64,000 nt of DNA from an uncultured delta proteobacterium (GCA_963695875.1 CAVOID010000003.1:256001-320000); one strand, 5' to 3'. Numbered from the stretch's first letter, positions 31,124-42,224 are shown. Notes: generated by a model from the sequence alone, not told the origin. Made by a program: numbers and translations.

Positions 31124-31394
31124 TTCTTTCTCCCATCCTTAATAATTATGCAGAGAATTAAAACTTAAGTATAGTAAAAGGGTTCATTAATGTCAAAAAA
31201 AAAGAAGAGTATTTTCGAGTGAAATCTCCCATCCACGTGGGGATTCGCGATAATGAAAGATTACTAGTTCCGCGGTATTACCCGTCAAAGTCACCGGAGC
31301 AGGGGGTGCATAGAAAGGGAATGGGCGCAGATGTCCTCACTTTATTCCACGTCATGGGGCACTGTTAACCTCCAAGTACCGTCAGATAGCCATT

Positions 31395-33611
31395 TCAGCC
31401 CGATGCGGGTCTCTCTGATGAGGGCAGTGAAAAATAGAACGTAGCCCCTTCATCTACCTTACCTTCCGCCCACACCCGACCGCCGTGCCTGTGCACGATT
31501 CGTTGCACAGTTGCCAGACCAACGCCTGTACCTTCGAAATCATCACCACTGTGGAGACGCTGAAAGACACCGAACAGTTTGTCATAATACGCCATGTCGA
31601 AGCCTGTGCCGTTATCCCTTACATAATATATATTTTCATTTCCCTCAGTGTGACCTCCGGCTTCAATGCGCGCGGCATCCCGGTATTTTGTGAATTTTAC
31701 GGCGTTGGAAATGAGGTTGAAATATACCTGTTTCATGAGTGCCCTGTCTCCACATCCGGGAGGTATACCGTTGACGGTCATGATCATGTTCCTGCCCGGG
31801 TTTACGTCTTGCATTACCGTCCATACTTCTCTGACCAGTTGATCCATGTCTATTGGCGACATGGACATATCCTTCCTGCCAAGGCGGGAAAAAGCCAATA
31901 GATCGTCGATGAGCTGGCCCATCATCTGGGTGCTGCTTCTGATCACGTTAAATTTACTCAGGGTATCTTCATCAAATTTATCAGTCTGTTTTTTGATAAT
32001 CATGCGCGCATAGCCGTCAATGGCACGCAGGGGGGCACGCAGGTCGTGGGAGACTGAATAGCTGAAACTCTCCAGTTCCTTGTTGGCGGCTTCAAGCTGG
32101 GCTGTACGTTCTGCAAGGGTCTGTTCTGCCTGCTTTCGCTTGGAAATATCACGCACAAACACAATAGACCACCTTTTAGTGGCAAGAAAGGTAACGCTGA
32201 TCTCGACATCAAAGATCTGACCGTCCTTCGTGAGATGCCTGCTTTCGAAGCGATCAGACCCGCTCCCGATGATCCTCTGCATATGGCGTTCCGTTTCATC
32301 CGTTTTTTCGGCGGCTTCAAGGTCGGGGATAGATAGCCTCAGCAATTCCTCGCTGGTATATCCGCTCATTCGGCAATAGGCCTCGTTAACGTCTAATAGT
32401 CGGCCTCTGTCATCCACAAGCCAGAATCCATCCGGGGTGGTGTTTAATATAGTCGAGTACTGGTCGGCATGAGCGCGAAGCGCCTTCTCTGCTCGCTCGC
32501 GTTCCGCCTCCTTTCGCTCTAATTCCCCGGCCATGTCATCAAATGCCTTTGTCACCAGGCCGAGTTCATCTTCGCTGTAACTTAATCCGGTACGGACTTT
32601 GAGATCGCCGCGTGCCAGGCGTTTTGTGGCATCCGCCAGTTTGTTTAGTCTTTGCAATATTATAACGTTGCCTAGGAACCAGGCTAAAACTATAGCAATG
32701 ATGAAAGCAAAACATAGAAGTGCCATGCTTATCAAAATTGTATTTCTGGCATGAGAAAGCGCCTGCTCCTCGGGGATGCCGACGCGCATGAAAAGGTATG
32801 GTAATGCACTATCTTTCAGGTAAAATCTCTTATATGCATAGAGGCGCTTAGTTCCATCGACCCCCACATCAGTGAAAACCCCTTCTTCAGGTTGAGCCGA
32901 CATATGCTCGATCATTTCAGGCCGATCAAGCTCTCCTATGTACTTTTCCGGCTCTTCAGAGCGGTACAAACGTATATTTTTGTGATCAAATATTCCAATT
33001 ACGGATCCTTCAGGCAAATTTGTCTTTGTAAACATCTTACCGTAGTGCGCTAGATTAAAGGCAATTACAACAACACCCCTGAACTGTCCTCCGGAGCCTG
33101 TAATAGGGTAAGCAAAATGAAGTACCGGCTGCTTAATTATAGTTCCTATGACTTGTTCTCCCACGGAAAAATCCATCGTCCTCAGTATGTCCTGAAAAAA
33201 CTTTCTGTTTTTCACGTTATATGGGGTAAAAGGCATAGAACTGGAGAATATGGTTCCTTCAGCATTTGCTGCGAATATGTTTCCATAAACCGGATTTTCC
33301 TTAATGAATGAACCGAAGAGCTTATCACAAGCTGAGGCATTCTGATTCTGTACGGCGGGTGCTTTAGCAAGGGTGATGAGTAGTTTCCGGGTGCTTTCAA
33401 CTGTATGTTCATGGTCGATTGCCAGACTTTGCACCACCCTTATGGCGCTGTCCTTAGCATCCTCTATATCGTGATACTGACGCTCTAATCCTGAATAGAT
33501 GACAATTGCCAGTGCGGGGAAAACTGATATGATTACCAGTAGTAGCAGTTGACTTCTGATTGATCTGAAAAATGAAAATCTCACGCTGCCTCTTTGATAA
33601 GAAAGGGACAT
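31395..33611 (-). CDS. Sensor histidine kinase (Cache-HAMP-PAS-HisKA-HATPase)
   Basis: Two TM segments flanking a periplasmic domain, HAMP DELG, PAS, H-box SHDLRAPL, N/G boxes. Confidence 0.92.
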   Translation of the reverse strand: MSLSYQRGSVRFSFFRSIRSQLLLLVIISVFPALAIVIYSGLERQYHDIEDAKDSAIRVVQSLAIDHEHTVESTRKLLITLAKAPAVQNQNASACDKLFGSFIKENPVYGNIFAANAEGTIFSSSMPFTPYNVKNRKFFQDILRTMDFSVGEQVIGTIIKQPVLHFAYPITGSGGQFRGVVVIAFNLAHYGKMFTKTNLPEGSVIGIFDHKNIRLYRSEEPEKYIGELDRPEMIEHMSAQPEEGVFTDVGVDGTKRLYAYKRFYLKDSALPYLFMRVGIPEEQALSHARNTILISMALLCFAFIIAIVLAWFLGNVIILQRLNKLADATKRLARGDLKVRTGLSYSEDELGLVTKAFDDMAGELERKEAERERAEKALRAHADQYSTILNTTPDGFWLVDDRGRLLDVNEAYCRMSGYTSEELLRLSIPDLEAAEKTDETERHMQRIIGSGSDRFESRHLTKDGQIFDVEISVTFLATKRWSIVFVRDISKRKQAEQTLAERTAQLEAANKELESFSYSVSHDLRAPLRAIDGYARMIIKKQTDKFDEDTLSKFNVIRSSTQMMGQLIDDLLAFSRLGRKDMSMSPIDMDQLVREVWTVMQDVNPGRNMIMTVNGIPPGCGDRALMKQVYFNLISNAVKFTKYRDAARIEAGGHTEGNENIYYVRDNGTGFDMAYYDKLFGVFQRLHSGDDFEGTGVGLATVQRIVHRHGGRVWAEGKVDEGATFYFSLPSSERPASG

Positions 33612-33913
33612 ATTCTTAGTACATATACTACATTTTGAGGTTGAATTGCATATTGTTTATTGCCAGTAGAAATTCCCCTTCTTAGATCAGTTCATCCATT
33701 CCCTGATGGATTACTAAGGTATTTGGAGCGAACAATTAGGTCTCTCTCCGATGTTCTGCGGATATGCGCTTTGATACAAATATGTACGTAAAATGAAAAC
33801 TAGTCCTTTACTGAAGATTTACGTAATGTTATGTTACAAAAGCAAAGTGGCTACAGATAATGAAAAAGTTTTATATTTTTTTAATCAAACAAAATAATAC
33901 AGGAGGTGGTAAA

Positions 33914-35074
33914 ATGGTAAGAAAGATTAGAGGCTTAGGGTATTTGCTGGTGTTCTCGCTTTTGGCTTCTATGATTTTGATGGGGTGCGCCACTCAGAAG
34001 GCCAGCCCTTTCGTCAAGGCTGGAGACCTCAGCATGAAGCTGAAATCGGGGAAGTATGTTCAGAATGCGAATAATTTCGATATTATTTTCGACAAGACCG
34101 GATCGATGGGGAGTGACTATGGCGGGGTGCAGAAGCTTGTCATTGAAAAGTCCCTCGTCAGTAAATTCAACAGTTACATTCCCGATTTGAGCCTCAACGG
34201 GGGCCTGCGGACTTTTGGCCAGAACTATACAGATTTTGATGTCACAAAATTAGAGTATGGGATTGTAAAGTACGACCCGGAGAGCCTTGACGGGGTTATA
34301 CAGAAATTGAGAACTCCGTTCGGGGAGAGCCCGCTCGAAGCGGCAATCCTGGCGGCAGGCAATGACCTGAAAGGTCTGCAGGGCAAAAGTGCGCTTGTAA
34401 TATTCACAGATGCAGTAGATATGGGCGACGCGCCGGTGAAGGCAGCAACGAGTGTAAAGAACCAGTATGGCGATAATCTATGCATCTACACCGTCCAGAT
34501 AGGAAATGACGTACAGGGAGGCAAAATCCTCGACCAGATCGTAAAGGCCGGAGAATGCGGAGTCTCTGTAAAGGGTGACGACCTTGCAAACGACTCAGCA
34601 ATGAGCGATTTTGTGGAAAGAATATTCCTGTCCACCAAGACAGCCAAGGCACTGCCGCCACCGCCGCCGCCAGTACAGGAGATGAAAAAAGCGCCTGAGG
34701 TTGAGCAGAAGATACTTGAGAAAGGTCGAGCCACACTGGATGTCGAGTTCGACACGGGGAAAAGTGTTGTAAAGCCCAGGTACTATAACGACATACGGAA
34801 CGTTGCCGAAGTGATGAAGAAATATCCGGATCTGAAGATTGTTATTGAAGGGCATACAGACAATGTTGGGGGAGAGAAATACAATCTTAATCTTTCCCAG
34901 AAGCGTGCGGAAGCGATAAAAGATGTCATGGTAACCAAATTCAATATCGAAGCCTCCCGGCTAACGACAAAGGGTTTTGGTTATTCCAAACCTATTGCGA
35001 GCAATTCGACCAAGGAAGGAAGACAGAAAAACCGGAGGGTTGAAGCGGCTGTAGAATATACCGTGGAGAAATAA
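33914..35074 (+). CDS. VWA + OmpA-like peptidoglycan-binding lipoprotein
   Basis: Lipobox LMGC, MIDAS-like DKTGS, poly-Pro linker, EGHTDNVG...LSQKRA...NRRVE. Confidence 0.85.
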   Translation: MVRKIRGLGYLLVFSLLASMILMGCATQKASPFVKAGDLSMKLKSGKYVQNANNFDIIFDKTGSMGSDYGGVQKLVIEKSLVSKFNSYIPDLSLNGGLRTFGQNYTDFDVTKLEYGIVKYDPESLDGVIQKLRTPFGESPLEAAILAAGNDLKGLQGKSALVIFTDAVDMGDAPVKAATSVKNQYGDNLCIYTVQIGNDVQGGKILDQIVKAGECGVSVKGDDLANDSAMSDFVERIFLSTKTAKALPPPPPPVQEMKKAPEVEQKILEKGRATLDVEFDTGKSVVKPRYYNDIRNVAEVMKKYPDLKIVIEGHTDNVGGEKYNLNLSQKRAEAIKDVMVTKFNIEASRLTTKGFGYSKPIASNSTKEGRQKNRRVEAAVEYTVEK

Positions 35075-35100
35075 TGCTTCTTCTCTGATCCTCATAATAT

Positions 35101-35144
35101 AGAAGGCCTCTCAATAGCTGCAGAACCCGACCGAGAGGCCTTCT
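35101..35144. terminator. Stem-loop between the ompA-like gene and mscL
   Basis: 12-bp perfect stem AGAAGGCCTCTC / GAGAGGCCTTCT. Confidence 0.5.
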
Positions 35145-35217
35145 CTTCTAAAGAAATTTTTTCTTCACAAAGGCCAGGGGTGATGATTTTACCTAACGGC
35201 CTGGGAAGGAGAATCAT

Positions 35218-35670
35218 ATGTTTAAGGAATTCAAAGAATTTGCGATGCGTGGCAGTGTAGTCGATATGGCTGTCGGCATTATCATCGGTGCTGCTTTCGG
35301 AACCATAGTAAAATCTCTGGTTGATGATATTATCATGCCGCCTATAGGACTTCTCCTGGGTAATGTTGATTTCTCTAATCTCTTCATGGTCATAAAATCG
35401 GGGAAATTAGCAGGCCCCTATACTACTCTTGCCGATGCAAAGGTTGCCGGCGCAGTTACCATGAATGTTGGTCTGTTCTTCAATACGGTCATAAGCTTTC
35501 TCATTATCGCATTTGCTGTGTTTCTTATCATCAAGCAGATCAATGCATTGAAAAGAAAAGAGGTAGCTGAACCGGCTATACCTACCACAAAGGAATGTGC
35601 CTATTGTTTATCGGTCATTCCTATAAAAGCATCTCGCTGTCCCCATTGTACATCTGAATTGAAGGCTTAA
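35218..35670 (+). CDS. mscL: Large-conductance mechanosensitive channel with a C-terminal CxxC...CxxC
   Basis: [20 protein letters not shown]; tail CAYC...CPHC. Confidence 0.95.
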   Translation: MFKEFKEFAMRGSVVDMAVGIIIGAAFGTIVKSLVDDIIMPPIGLLLGNVDFSNLFMVIKSGKLAGPYTTLADAKVAGAVTMNVGLFFNTVISFLIIAFAVFLIIKQINALKRKEVAEPAIPTTKECAYCLSVIPIKASRCPHCTSELKA

Positions 35671-35741
35671 ATAAACGGCAGAGTGAGCAGCGCTGAGATA
35701 TAGAAAAGGCAGAAAAATATATTAAATCTAATTGTAAAAAC

Positions 35742-35782
35742 AAAAGGCAGAGTCAATAATAGCTCTGCCCCTTTTATTTTTT
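35742..35782. terminator. Probable bidirectional terminator
   Basis: AAAAGGCAGAG ... CTCTGCCCCTTTTATTTTTT between convergent genes. Confidence 0.6.
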
Positions 35783-35811
35783 GCAACAAACTTAATATAA
35801 AATACAATGTA

Positions 35812-36726
35812 CTAGTCTGAGACTAATGCATGTACAAAACAGAAAAGGGCCAACAGTTTCCCAGCAGAAGAACCGTCATTGAGGGAAAGATACTTTCTTT
35901 CTATTTCATTTTGCGCAAGATGCTCTATGATCTTATAGCCGCGTTCTAATAAAAATGATCCTATATTTCCTTTCTGTATTCCAAAGTGGGTTGGCTCGCC
36001 AGGATAATTTGATTTCATCATCTCCCTTACCTTCTTCACGCGATGATCGTTCTGCAGCTCAGGCGACAAAGAAGCGTAATCAAAGCAAATGGAGCTGCCG
36101 ACAGGTGAATTCATTTTTATGGTGCTCAGGGTATCATCGATAACCTTGGCCGATAGGTAATATGTAACTCCTTCCCAAACAAAAAGTACCTGTCGGTTTT
36201 TTATGAACCCTGCCTTAGCCAGGACGTCTCCAATGTTGTCCGTATTGAAGTTGATGGAAACAAAAACGAGTTGCTTCGGCATGGGAACCTTTGCTTGATA
36301 GAGTAATTCCTTTTTGCGCTGCTGCGTCGGTTGACTATCTAACTCGAAGATCCGCGTGTCCCTGATAAGGTCTTTGAAACGATAAGGACGGCTGTCATAG
36401 CCTGCGCCCATGAATACGATCTGAGGAATGTTTTCCCGCAAAGCTTGTTCTACAATATCGTCAAAAAAAGCCGTTCGCGCAATTAGGAATTCATACATCC
36501 CAGGGATGATCCTTTTTTTAATTACCGATTCCCTGATGGCGGGATCTCTCAACGCGTTTTTGCGATCTTCGGTAAGGAATATTTCTGCGAGGTAGTCAGG
36601 TCCTCTAATCTCTATTCTCTCATCAAGCGCCGCAAGGGCGCGCAACGTGGCTGCTCCCATCGCTGTTTCCGATGGTTTATGTTCAACGGACATCTTGCTC
36701 GTATCTAATTCCTGCTGCTCGGACAT
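35812..36726 (-). CDS. SAM-dependent methyltransferase (LCM/TIGR00027-like)
   Basis: ARTAFFD, QIVFMGAGYDSR, WEGVTYYL. Confidence 0.88.
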   Translation of the reverse strand: MSEQQELDTSKMSVEHKPSETAMGAATLRALAALDERIEIRGPDYLAEIFLTEDRKNALRDPAIRESVIKKRIIPGMYEFLIARTAFFDDIVEQALRENIPQIVFMGAGYDSRPYRFKDLIRDTRIFELDSQPTQQRKKELLYQAKVPMPKQLVFVSINFNTDNIGDVLAKAGFIKNRQVLFVWEGVTYYLSAKVIDDTLSTIKMNSPVGSSICFDYASLSPELQNDHRVKKVREMMKSNYPGEPTHFGIQKGNIGSFLLERGYKIIEHLAQNEIERKYLSLNDGSSAGKLLALFCFVHALVSD

Positions 36727-36801
36727 TACTATTCCTGTTGTGCTACATTCGGCACTGAAATTCCTTATAGTTAAGTATACTGCCCCTGGAATTTCATATT
36801 C

Positions 36802-37341
36802 TCAATCTAATTTTTCCAGGTCGGCTTCGGCATTCAGGATAAGGTTGATATGCTTCCCCACAGTGAATCCCCCGGGGAATTCATAGTTCCACGTCATCCC
36901 GAAAGCTTCCCGTTGAAGGTAAGTTGTAGCGGCAAATCCCATAGTAGTATAAGAACCGGTTTCATCTGTGAAATAGGTTGGGCCGAAGTATTCAGCATGA
37001 AGGAGAACCGGCCTTGTGACACCGTGAAGTGTGAGGTCACCATGAACCTTGAAGCGGTTGCTTCCGGCCACTTCGCTTTTAGTACTCTTAAAAAGAATAT
37101 GCGGATATCTTTCCACATCGAAAAAATCGGGACTCCGGAGATGATTGTCTCTGGGTTCTACGCCGGTGAAAATGCTGGCTGCCTCTATCTTGATTTCCAT
37201 GGATGTACTGGCTATATCCGACGCGTCAAAGTTGATAAAACCGGAGATATTGTTGAACTGACCGTGAACATCGTTGATCATCATGTGGCGTACAATGAAG
37301 TGAGCCACTGTATGATCTTCATCAATAGTCCATTTTGCCAT
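36802..37341 (-). CDS. YceI family protein
   Basis: WTID..H, RDNHLRSPDFFD, GDLTLHGVT. Confidence 0.9.
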   Translation of the reverse strand: MAKWTIDEDHTVAHFIVRHMMINDVHGQFNNISGFINFDASDIASTSMEIKIEAASIFTGVEPRDNHLRSPDFFDVERYPHILFKSTKSEVAGSNRFKVHGDLTLHGVTRPVLLHAEYFGPTYFTDETGSYTTMGFAATTYLQREAFGMTWNYEFPGGFTVGKHINLILNAEADLEKLD

Positions 37342-37594
37342 AGGTAAACTCCATTATAATAATTGACAAAAGTAAACGGCCTTCAAAATCAAGGCCATCA
37401 AGTGTGAAGTATATATTGTAATATACATCTTTTCTAAAATGTTTGGAAGTGAGGACTTCAGTCTATGATAGATGACTTTCTTATAAAGTTTTCAAAATTA
37501 GGTTTTCATGAAAATTAAAGAATGCATATGATCTCGATGGAGTTTACATCCGCGACTGTGGGGGCCAGGCCGACGGTTGGATTCTCGTGTCCGA

Positions 37595-37765
37595 GACTGT
37601 GTCGCAATGTCATTAATGATGGAGTGAAACGGCCGAAGCCCTGTCCTGATCAGAGCGAGGGAACTCTTGAGATTGCTACGGGCTGCGCTCTCGCAACGAC
37701 TTCTTCGGATTGCCACGCTCCCTATATTTATACCCGCAATGACAAATAGAGGTTATGACGCAGCC
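37595..37765. repeat. Degenerate composite repeat (imperfect TIRs enclosing REP-like hairpins)
   Basis: GACTGTGTCGCAA ... TTATGACGCAGCC ends; internal GATTGC(T/C)ACG...CGCAA(C/T)GAC units twice. Confidence 0.5.
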
Positions 37766-37828
37766 ACTGCGGAGGAATGACAGGGGAGGTGGAAATAACA
37801 AGGAAAAAATGGAATGACCGGGTGCATT

Positions 37829-37868
37829 TTTAACAAAATCTTCATCGTTCTTTAACATATTTGTAACA
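37829..37868 (+). promoter_or_regulatory. Pho box array upstream of pstS
   Basis: TTAACA, TTCATC, TTAACA, GTAACA at 37830, 37841, 37852 and 37863, an exact 11-bp period. Confidence 0.75.
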
Positions 37869-37943
37869 TTTAATATGTAACTTAAAAGAAGAAATAATGG
37901 ATCTTTATATTCATAAGAAAATAAAATCATAGTGGAGGGAAAA

Positions 37944-38795
37944 ATGGTGAAAAAATTATTGTTGGCAAGTATGATATGTTTAGTTCTTAGTATTAACATT
38001 GCGGTTGCCGCGGAAAATGTTGTCATTAAGGGATCGACAACGGTTTTGCCTATCGCGCAGGCGGCATTAGAGGCCTATATGAAAGCGCATCCCGGAGTAA
38101 ATATCTCTCTTTCCGGCGGCGGCTCAGGGGAGGGGATCAAGGCCCTGATTGATAAATCTGCGGATATCGCAACGTCTTCGCGGGAAATAAAAGATAAAGA
38201 AGTAGAACTGGCAAAAAGTAGAGGTATTAATCCTGTGGCATATACAGTTGCCATTGATGCACTTACGCCCATTGTCCATCCGAAGAATAAGGTAAATGGA
38301 TTGACTATTGACCAGTTGAGTCAGATCTATCAGGGCAAGATTAAAAACTGGAAGGAAGTCGGTGGGGATGATCTGCAGATCGTTGTTGTTTCGAGGGACA
38401 GCAGCTCCGGTACCTTTGAAACCTGGGGGCATCTGGTTCTTAACAACGCAAAGGTAACTCCAAGAGCCCAATTGCAGGCTTCGAGCGGTGCTGTCGTTCA
38501 GGCCGTCTCAAAAAACAGGTATGCCATCAGCTACGTCGGTATCGGATACCTTAACAAATCAGTCAAGGCATTGACCGTCAATGGTGTTCCGGCTTCGGCA
38601 AAAACAGCACTTTCCAAGGAGTACCCCATAGCGAGGTCTTTATACATGTATACCAACGGACAGCCCGAAGGTGTTGTTGCCGATTTCATCAAATTTGTGT
38701 TGAGTCCCGCAGGTCAGAAGCTTGTAGCCAAAGAGGGATTTATACCTCTAACGGCTGAGGCCAAAGAAAAACCATCAAAAAAGGGTAAAAAATAA
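37944..38795 (+). CDS. pstS: Phosphate ABC transporter substrate-binding protein
   Basis: GSTTVLP, GGGSGEG, SRDSSSGT; operon context. Confidence 0.93.
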   Translation: MVKKLLLASMICLVLSINIAVAAENVVIKGSTTVLPIAQAALEAYMKAHPGVNISLSGGGSGEGIKALIDKSADIATSSREIKDKEVELAKSRGINPVAYTVAIDALTPIVHPKNKVNGLTIDQLSQIYQGKIKNWKEVGGDDLQIVVVSRDSSSGTFETWGHLVLNNAKVTPRAQLQASSGAVVQAVSKNRYAISYVGIGYLNKSVKALTVNGVPASAKTALSKEYPIARSLYMYTNGQPEGVVADFIKFVLSPAGQKLVAKEGFIPLTAEAKEKPSKKGKK

Positions 38796-38803
38796 AAAAT
38801 CCT

Positions 38804-39691
38804 ATGTCCAGACATCTGAAGGAAACCATCATCAAGGGTATCTTCGCTGTTTTTGCCTTTGCATCAGTGCTTATTCTGGCGCTTATCGTTGTTTTCCTTT
38901 TCCGTGAAGGGATCCCCATATTCAAGGAAGTATCCGCTATGGATTTCATTTTCGGAAAGGAGTGGTACCCTACATATGATCCTCCCTCTTATGGGATATG
39001 GCCCTTGATCATAGGTTCCGTGATCGTCACTATATTTTCCTGTCTGCTTGCCGTTCCTCTGGGGGTTCTTTCTGCCGTGTATATTTCTGAGATTGCCCCC
39101 GCTTCCATCAAAGATGTTGTAAAGTCGATTATTGAGCTACTGGCGGGGCTTCCTTCAGTAGTACTCGGCTTCTTCGGCATGGTTGTTGTGGCCCCCTTTC
39201 TTCAGGAGACCTTTGATCTGCCGACCGGTCTTAACATTGTCAATGCTTCCGTCATCCTGGCGATCATGGCCATACCCACGATTTCAAGTATTTCTGAGGA
39301 TGCCCTTTATGCCGTACCCCGGGAGTTCAAAGAGGCATCATATGCCCTCGGTGCGACGAAGTATGAAACCATTGCCAAGGTTATTGTGCCGGCTGCCTTG
39401 TCAGGAATTTCCACGGCGGTGATCCTCGGTATGGCAAGGGCCATCGGTGAAACCATGGTTGGACTGATGGTGGCCGGGGGTGCGGCGGCCATACCGGAAA
39501 GTATCTTCGATTCAGTCAGGCCGATGCCGGCGAGCATTGCCGCGGAGATGGGGGAAACCCCGTTTGGAAGCGGGCATTACCACGCCCTTTTTGCCACCGG
39601 TATTGTTCTGTTCTTTATGACCCTGATTTTTAATATCATTGCCGATTATATCTCCCAAAAATTCAAGGAAACGGGATCAGCGACTTTGTAA
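38804..39691 (+). CDS. pstC: Phosphate ABC transporter permease PstC
   Basis: ELLAGLPSVVLG, EASYALGAT, RAIGETM. Confidence 0.93.
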   Translation: MSRHLKETIIKGIFAVFAFASVLILALIVVFLFREGIPIFKEVSAMDFIFGKEWYPTYDPPSYGIWPLIIGSVIVTIFSCLLAVPLGVLSAVYISEIAPASIKDVVKSIIELLAGLPSVVLGFFGMVVVAPFLQETFDLPTGLNIVNASVILAIMAIPTISSISEDALYAVPREFKEASYALGATKYETIAKVIVPAALSGISTAVILGMARAIGETMVGLMVAGGAAAIPESIFDSVRPMPASIAAEMGETPFGSGHYHALFATGIVLFFMTLIFNIIADYISQKFKETGSATL

Positions 39692-39699
39692 GGTATAAT

Positions 39700-40600
39700 A
39701 TGAATACAAAGGCAATTACGGAATCACATTTTCAAAGGACGTCCATGAAGTGGCGGTATTTCCGGCAGCATATGTTTTTTGCCGTCGTCCGAATGTCGGC
39801 ACTGCTGATTGCTATGGCCCTTGGCGGTATTCTCATTTATGTCTTTGTGAATGGCATATCTGTCATTAGCTGGGACTTTCATCACTCTCCCGCCGACGGA
39901 TTCCATGACCAAAGGCGGGATCATGCCTGCCATTCTGGGTACCCTTTATCTGACAATAGGCGCAATTGCCGTGGCGCTACCTCTTGGCGTGGTGTCCGCA
40001 ATCTATCTTACGGAATATGCAAAACAGGGGAAATTCATCAGACTGATCCGCACCGGCATTAATTGCCTGGCCGGAGTACCTTCCGTGGTCTTTGGATTGT
40101 TCGGACTTGGGTTCTTCGTTGTTTATCTTCATTTCGGATCATGCATTCTCTCCGGCGCTCTGACACTCGCGGCCCTTATTTTGCCCACGATTATCGGTGC
40201 GTCTGAAGAGGCCTTGAAAGCGGTTCCGCAAATGTTTAGGGAGGCGTCGCTCGCCCTCGGCGTATCCAAATGGCAGACCATTTATAAGATTATCCTGCCG
40301 ACTGCATTGCCTGGAATACTTACGGGATCAATCCTCGGCATCGGCAGGGCAGCGGGTGAAACGGCGCCGATCATGTTTACGGCGGCGGCATTTTTCACGG
40401 CGAAGCTCCCCGGCTCCATTTTTGATGAAGTCATGGCTCTTCCCTACCATATCTATGTTCTTGCTACAGCAGGCACCCACATAGAACAGACGAGGCCGAT
40501 TCAATATGGGACGGTGCTGGTGCTTGTCGGACTTGTGCTGGGAGTTGATCTTATTGCCATTGTCATCAGGGGTTATATGAGGAAGAAAAAAAGGTGGTAA
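39700..40600 (+). CDS. pstA: Phosphate ABC transporter permease PstA (frameshift near 39878)
   Basis: [26 protein letters not shown]; the N-terminus lies in ORF 39700-40062. Confidence 0.9.
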
Positions 40601-41364
40601 TTGTGGACGGTAACAGTATAATCGAATTAAAGAATGTAAATTTCTTCTATAATCATCTCAAGGCGCTAACCGATATAATCATGGATTTTGAAAAGAACCG
40701 GGTTACCGCCCTGATTGGACCTTCCGGTTGCGGCAAATCCACGCTGCTCAGGGTACTCAATCGCATGAATGACCTGATTGATGGAACCAGGGTCGAGGGG
40801 GAAGTCCTTTTTGAAGGCAAAAATATTTATGATCATGATGTTGACCCGGTCGATGTCAGGAGACGGATCGGCATGGTTTTTCAGAAGCCGAATCCTTTCC
40901 CGAAGTCAATATTCAACAACGTCACCTATGCGCCAAAGCTTGCAGGGATGACTAAGAAGAGTGATTTGGAATTCCTTGTTGAAGAAAGCCTGAAACAGGC
41001 AGCCCTGTGGGATGAGGTGAAGGATATCCTGGATAAATCGGCGATGACCCTCTCCGGGGGGCAGCAGCAGCGCCTGTGCATTGCCAGGGCGCTCGCTATG
41101 AAACCGGATGTCATCCTCATGGATGAGCCGACATCGGCGCTTGATCCCATATCGACGGCAAAAATTGAAGATTTGATCGATGAGTTGAAAAGAAATTATA
41201 CCATTATTATTGTTACGCATAACATGCAGCAGGCAGCGCGGATCTCATCGAAAACAGGGTTTTTCTATTTAGGTAAACTAATAGAATATAAGGCCACGGA
41301 AAAGATTTTTACCAATCCGGATGTGAAACAGACAGAAGATTATATAACCGGAAGGTTCGGATGA
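40594..41364 (+). CDS. pstB: Phosphate ABC transporter ATPase
   Basis: [32 protein letters not shown]. Confidence 0.96.
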   Translation: MVIVDGNSIIELKNVNFFYNHLKALTDIIMDFEKNRVTALIGPSGCGKSTLLRVLNRMNDLIDGTRVEGEVLFEGKNIYDHDVDPVDVRRRIGMVFQKPNPFPKSIFNNVTYAPKLAGMTKKSDLEFLVEESLKQAALWDEVKDILDKSAMTLSGGQQQRLCIARALAMKPDVILMDEPTSALDPISTAKIEDLIDELKRNYTIIIVTHNMQQAARISSKTGFFYLGKLIEYKATEKIFTNPDVKQTEDYITGRFG

Positions 41365-41530
41365 TCACATTTGGTATCCTGTTAAATACAGCCCGGCGGA
41401 TGTCAGAGCGAATCTTGTCATCACGCGAAGGGCAGGCTCCGGGAGAAATCCTTGTCTTGACCGAAGGCGGAGAGCTTCACATTAAACAAATATTTTAATT
41501 TATCGCTTTGTATATTAGGGAGATAACACA

Positions 41531-42220
41531 ATGGCGGAAAAAAGGCATACCAGTACCCACTATGAACAGGAACTGCGGGACGTCAAGGAAGGTCTTCTTT
41601 ATCTGGGAGCACTCGTAGAAAAGGCGATTGAGCTGGCGATAAAGGCCCTTATGGATAGAGATACAGAGCTCGCCCACAGAGTAATTTGTGATGATAATGC
41701 CATCGATCAGCTTGATGTTGAGATTGAAGAAAAGTGTATTCGCATTCTGGCTTTGAGGCAGCCGACTGCACGTGACCTGAGGTTCATCACGACGGCCATT
41801 AAAATCAACGGCCATCTGGAGAGGATCGGCGATATGGCGGCTAATATTGCCGAGAAGGCGATTATTTTAAGTGAAGAACCGCCTATGAAACCTTATATCG
41901 ATATCCCCAGGATGTCAGAAATTGCCCGGCGGATGATCAAGGAAAGCCTCGATGCTCTGGTGAATGAAAATACAGACTTAGCGCAGAAAGTCAGAATGGA
42001 GGATGAAACCATCGATAGCCTCAATGAGCAGGTGTTCAGGGAACTCCTCACATTCATGCTGGAAGATCCAAAGAAAATACACAGAGCTCTCATTATTATG
42101 CAGATTTCCAAGAGTCTCGAGCGGATTTCGGATCATGCGGTGGGCATTGCGGACATGGTCGTGTATATGGTCACAGGGAAGATCGTCCGGCACGAGCCAA
42201 CCTGTAAGATTCAGGAGTGA
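41531..42220 (+). CDS. phoU: Phosphate signalling protein PhoU
   Basis: QPTARDLR, LERIGD, LERISDH. Confidence 0.95.
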   Translation: MAEKRHTSTHYEQELRDVKEGLLYLGALVEKAIELAIKALMDRDTELAHRVICDDNAIDQLDVEIEEKCIRILALRQPTARDLRFITTAIKINGHLERIGDMAANIAEKAIILSEEPPMKPYIDIPRMSEIARRMIKESLDALVNENTDLAQKVRMEDETIDSLNEQVFRELLTFMLEDPKKIHRALIIMQISKSLERISDHAVGIADMVVYMVTGKIVRHEPTCKIQE

Positions 42221-42224
42221 TGGA

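Noticed and set aside
9037..37800. Single integrative element or prophage after tRNA-Leu
   Set aside because: No integrase, phage or conjugation genes, no distal att repeat found, and the region includes core-type genes such as pgi and mla.
42003..42224. Long phoU/phoR overlap suggested by the ORF track
   Set aside because: An AGGAG SD and TTG at 42225 give a normal PhoR N-terminus; the upstream part is incidental open frame.
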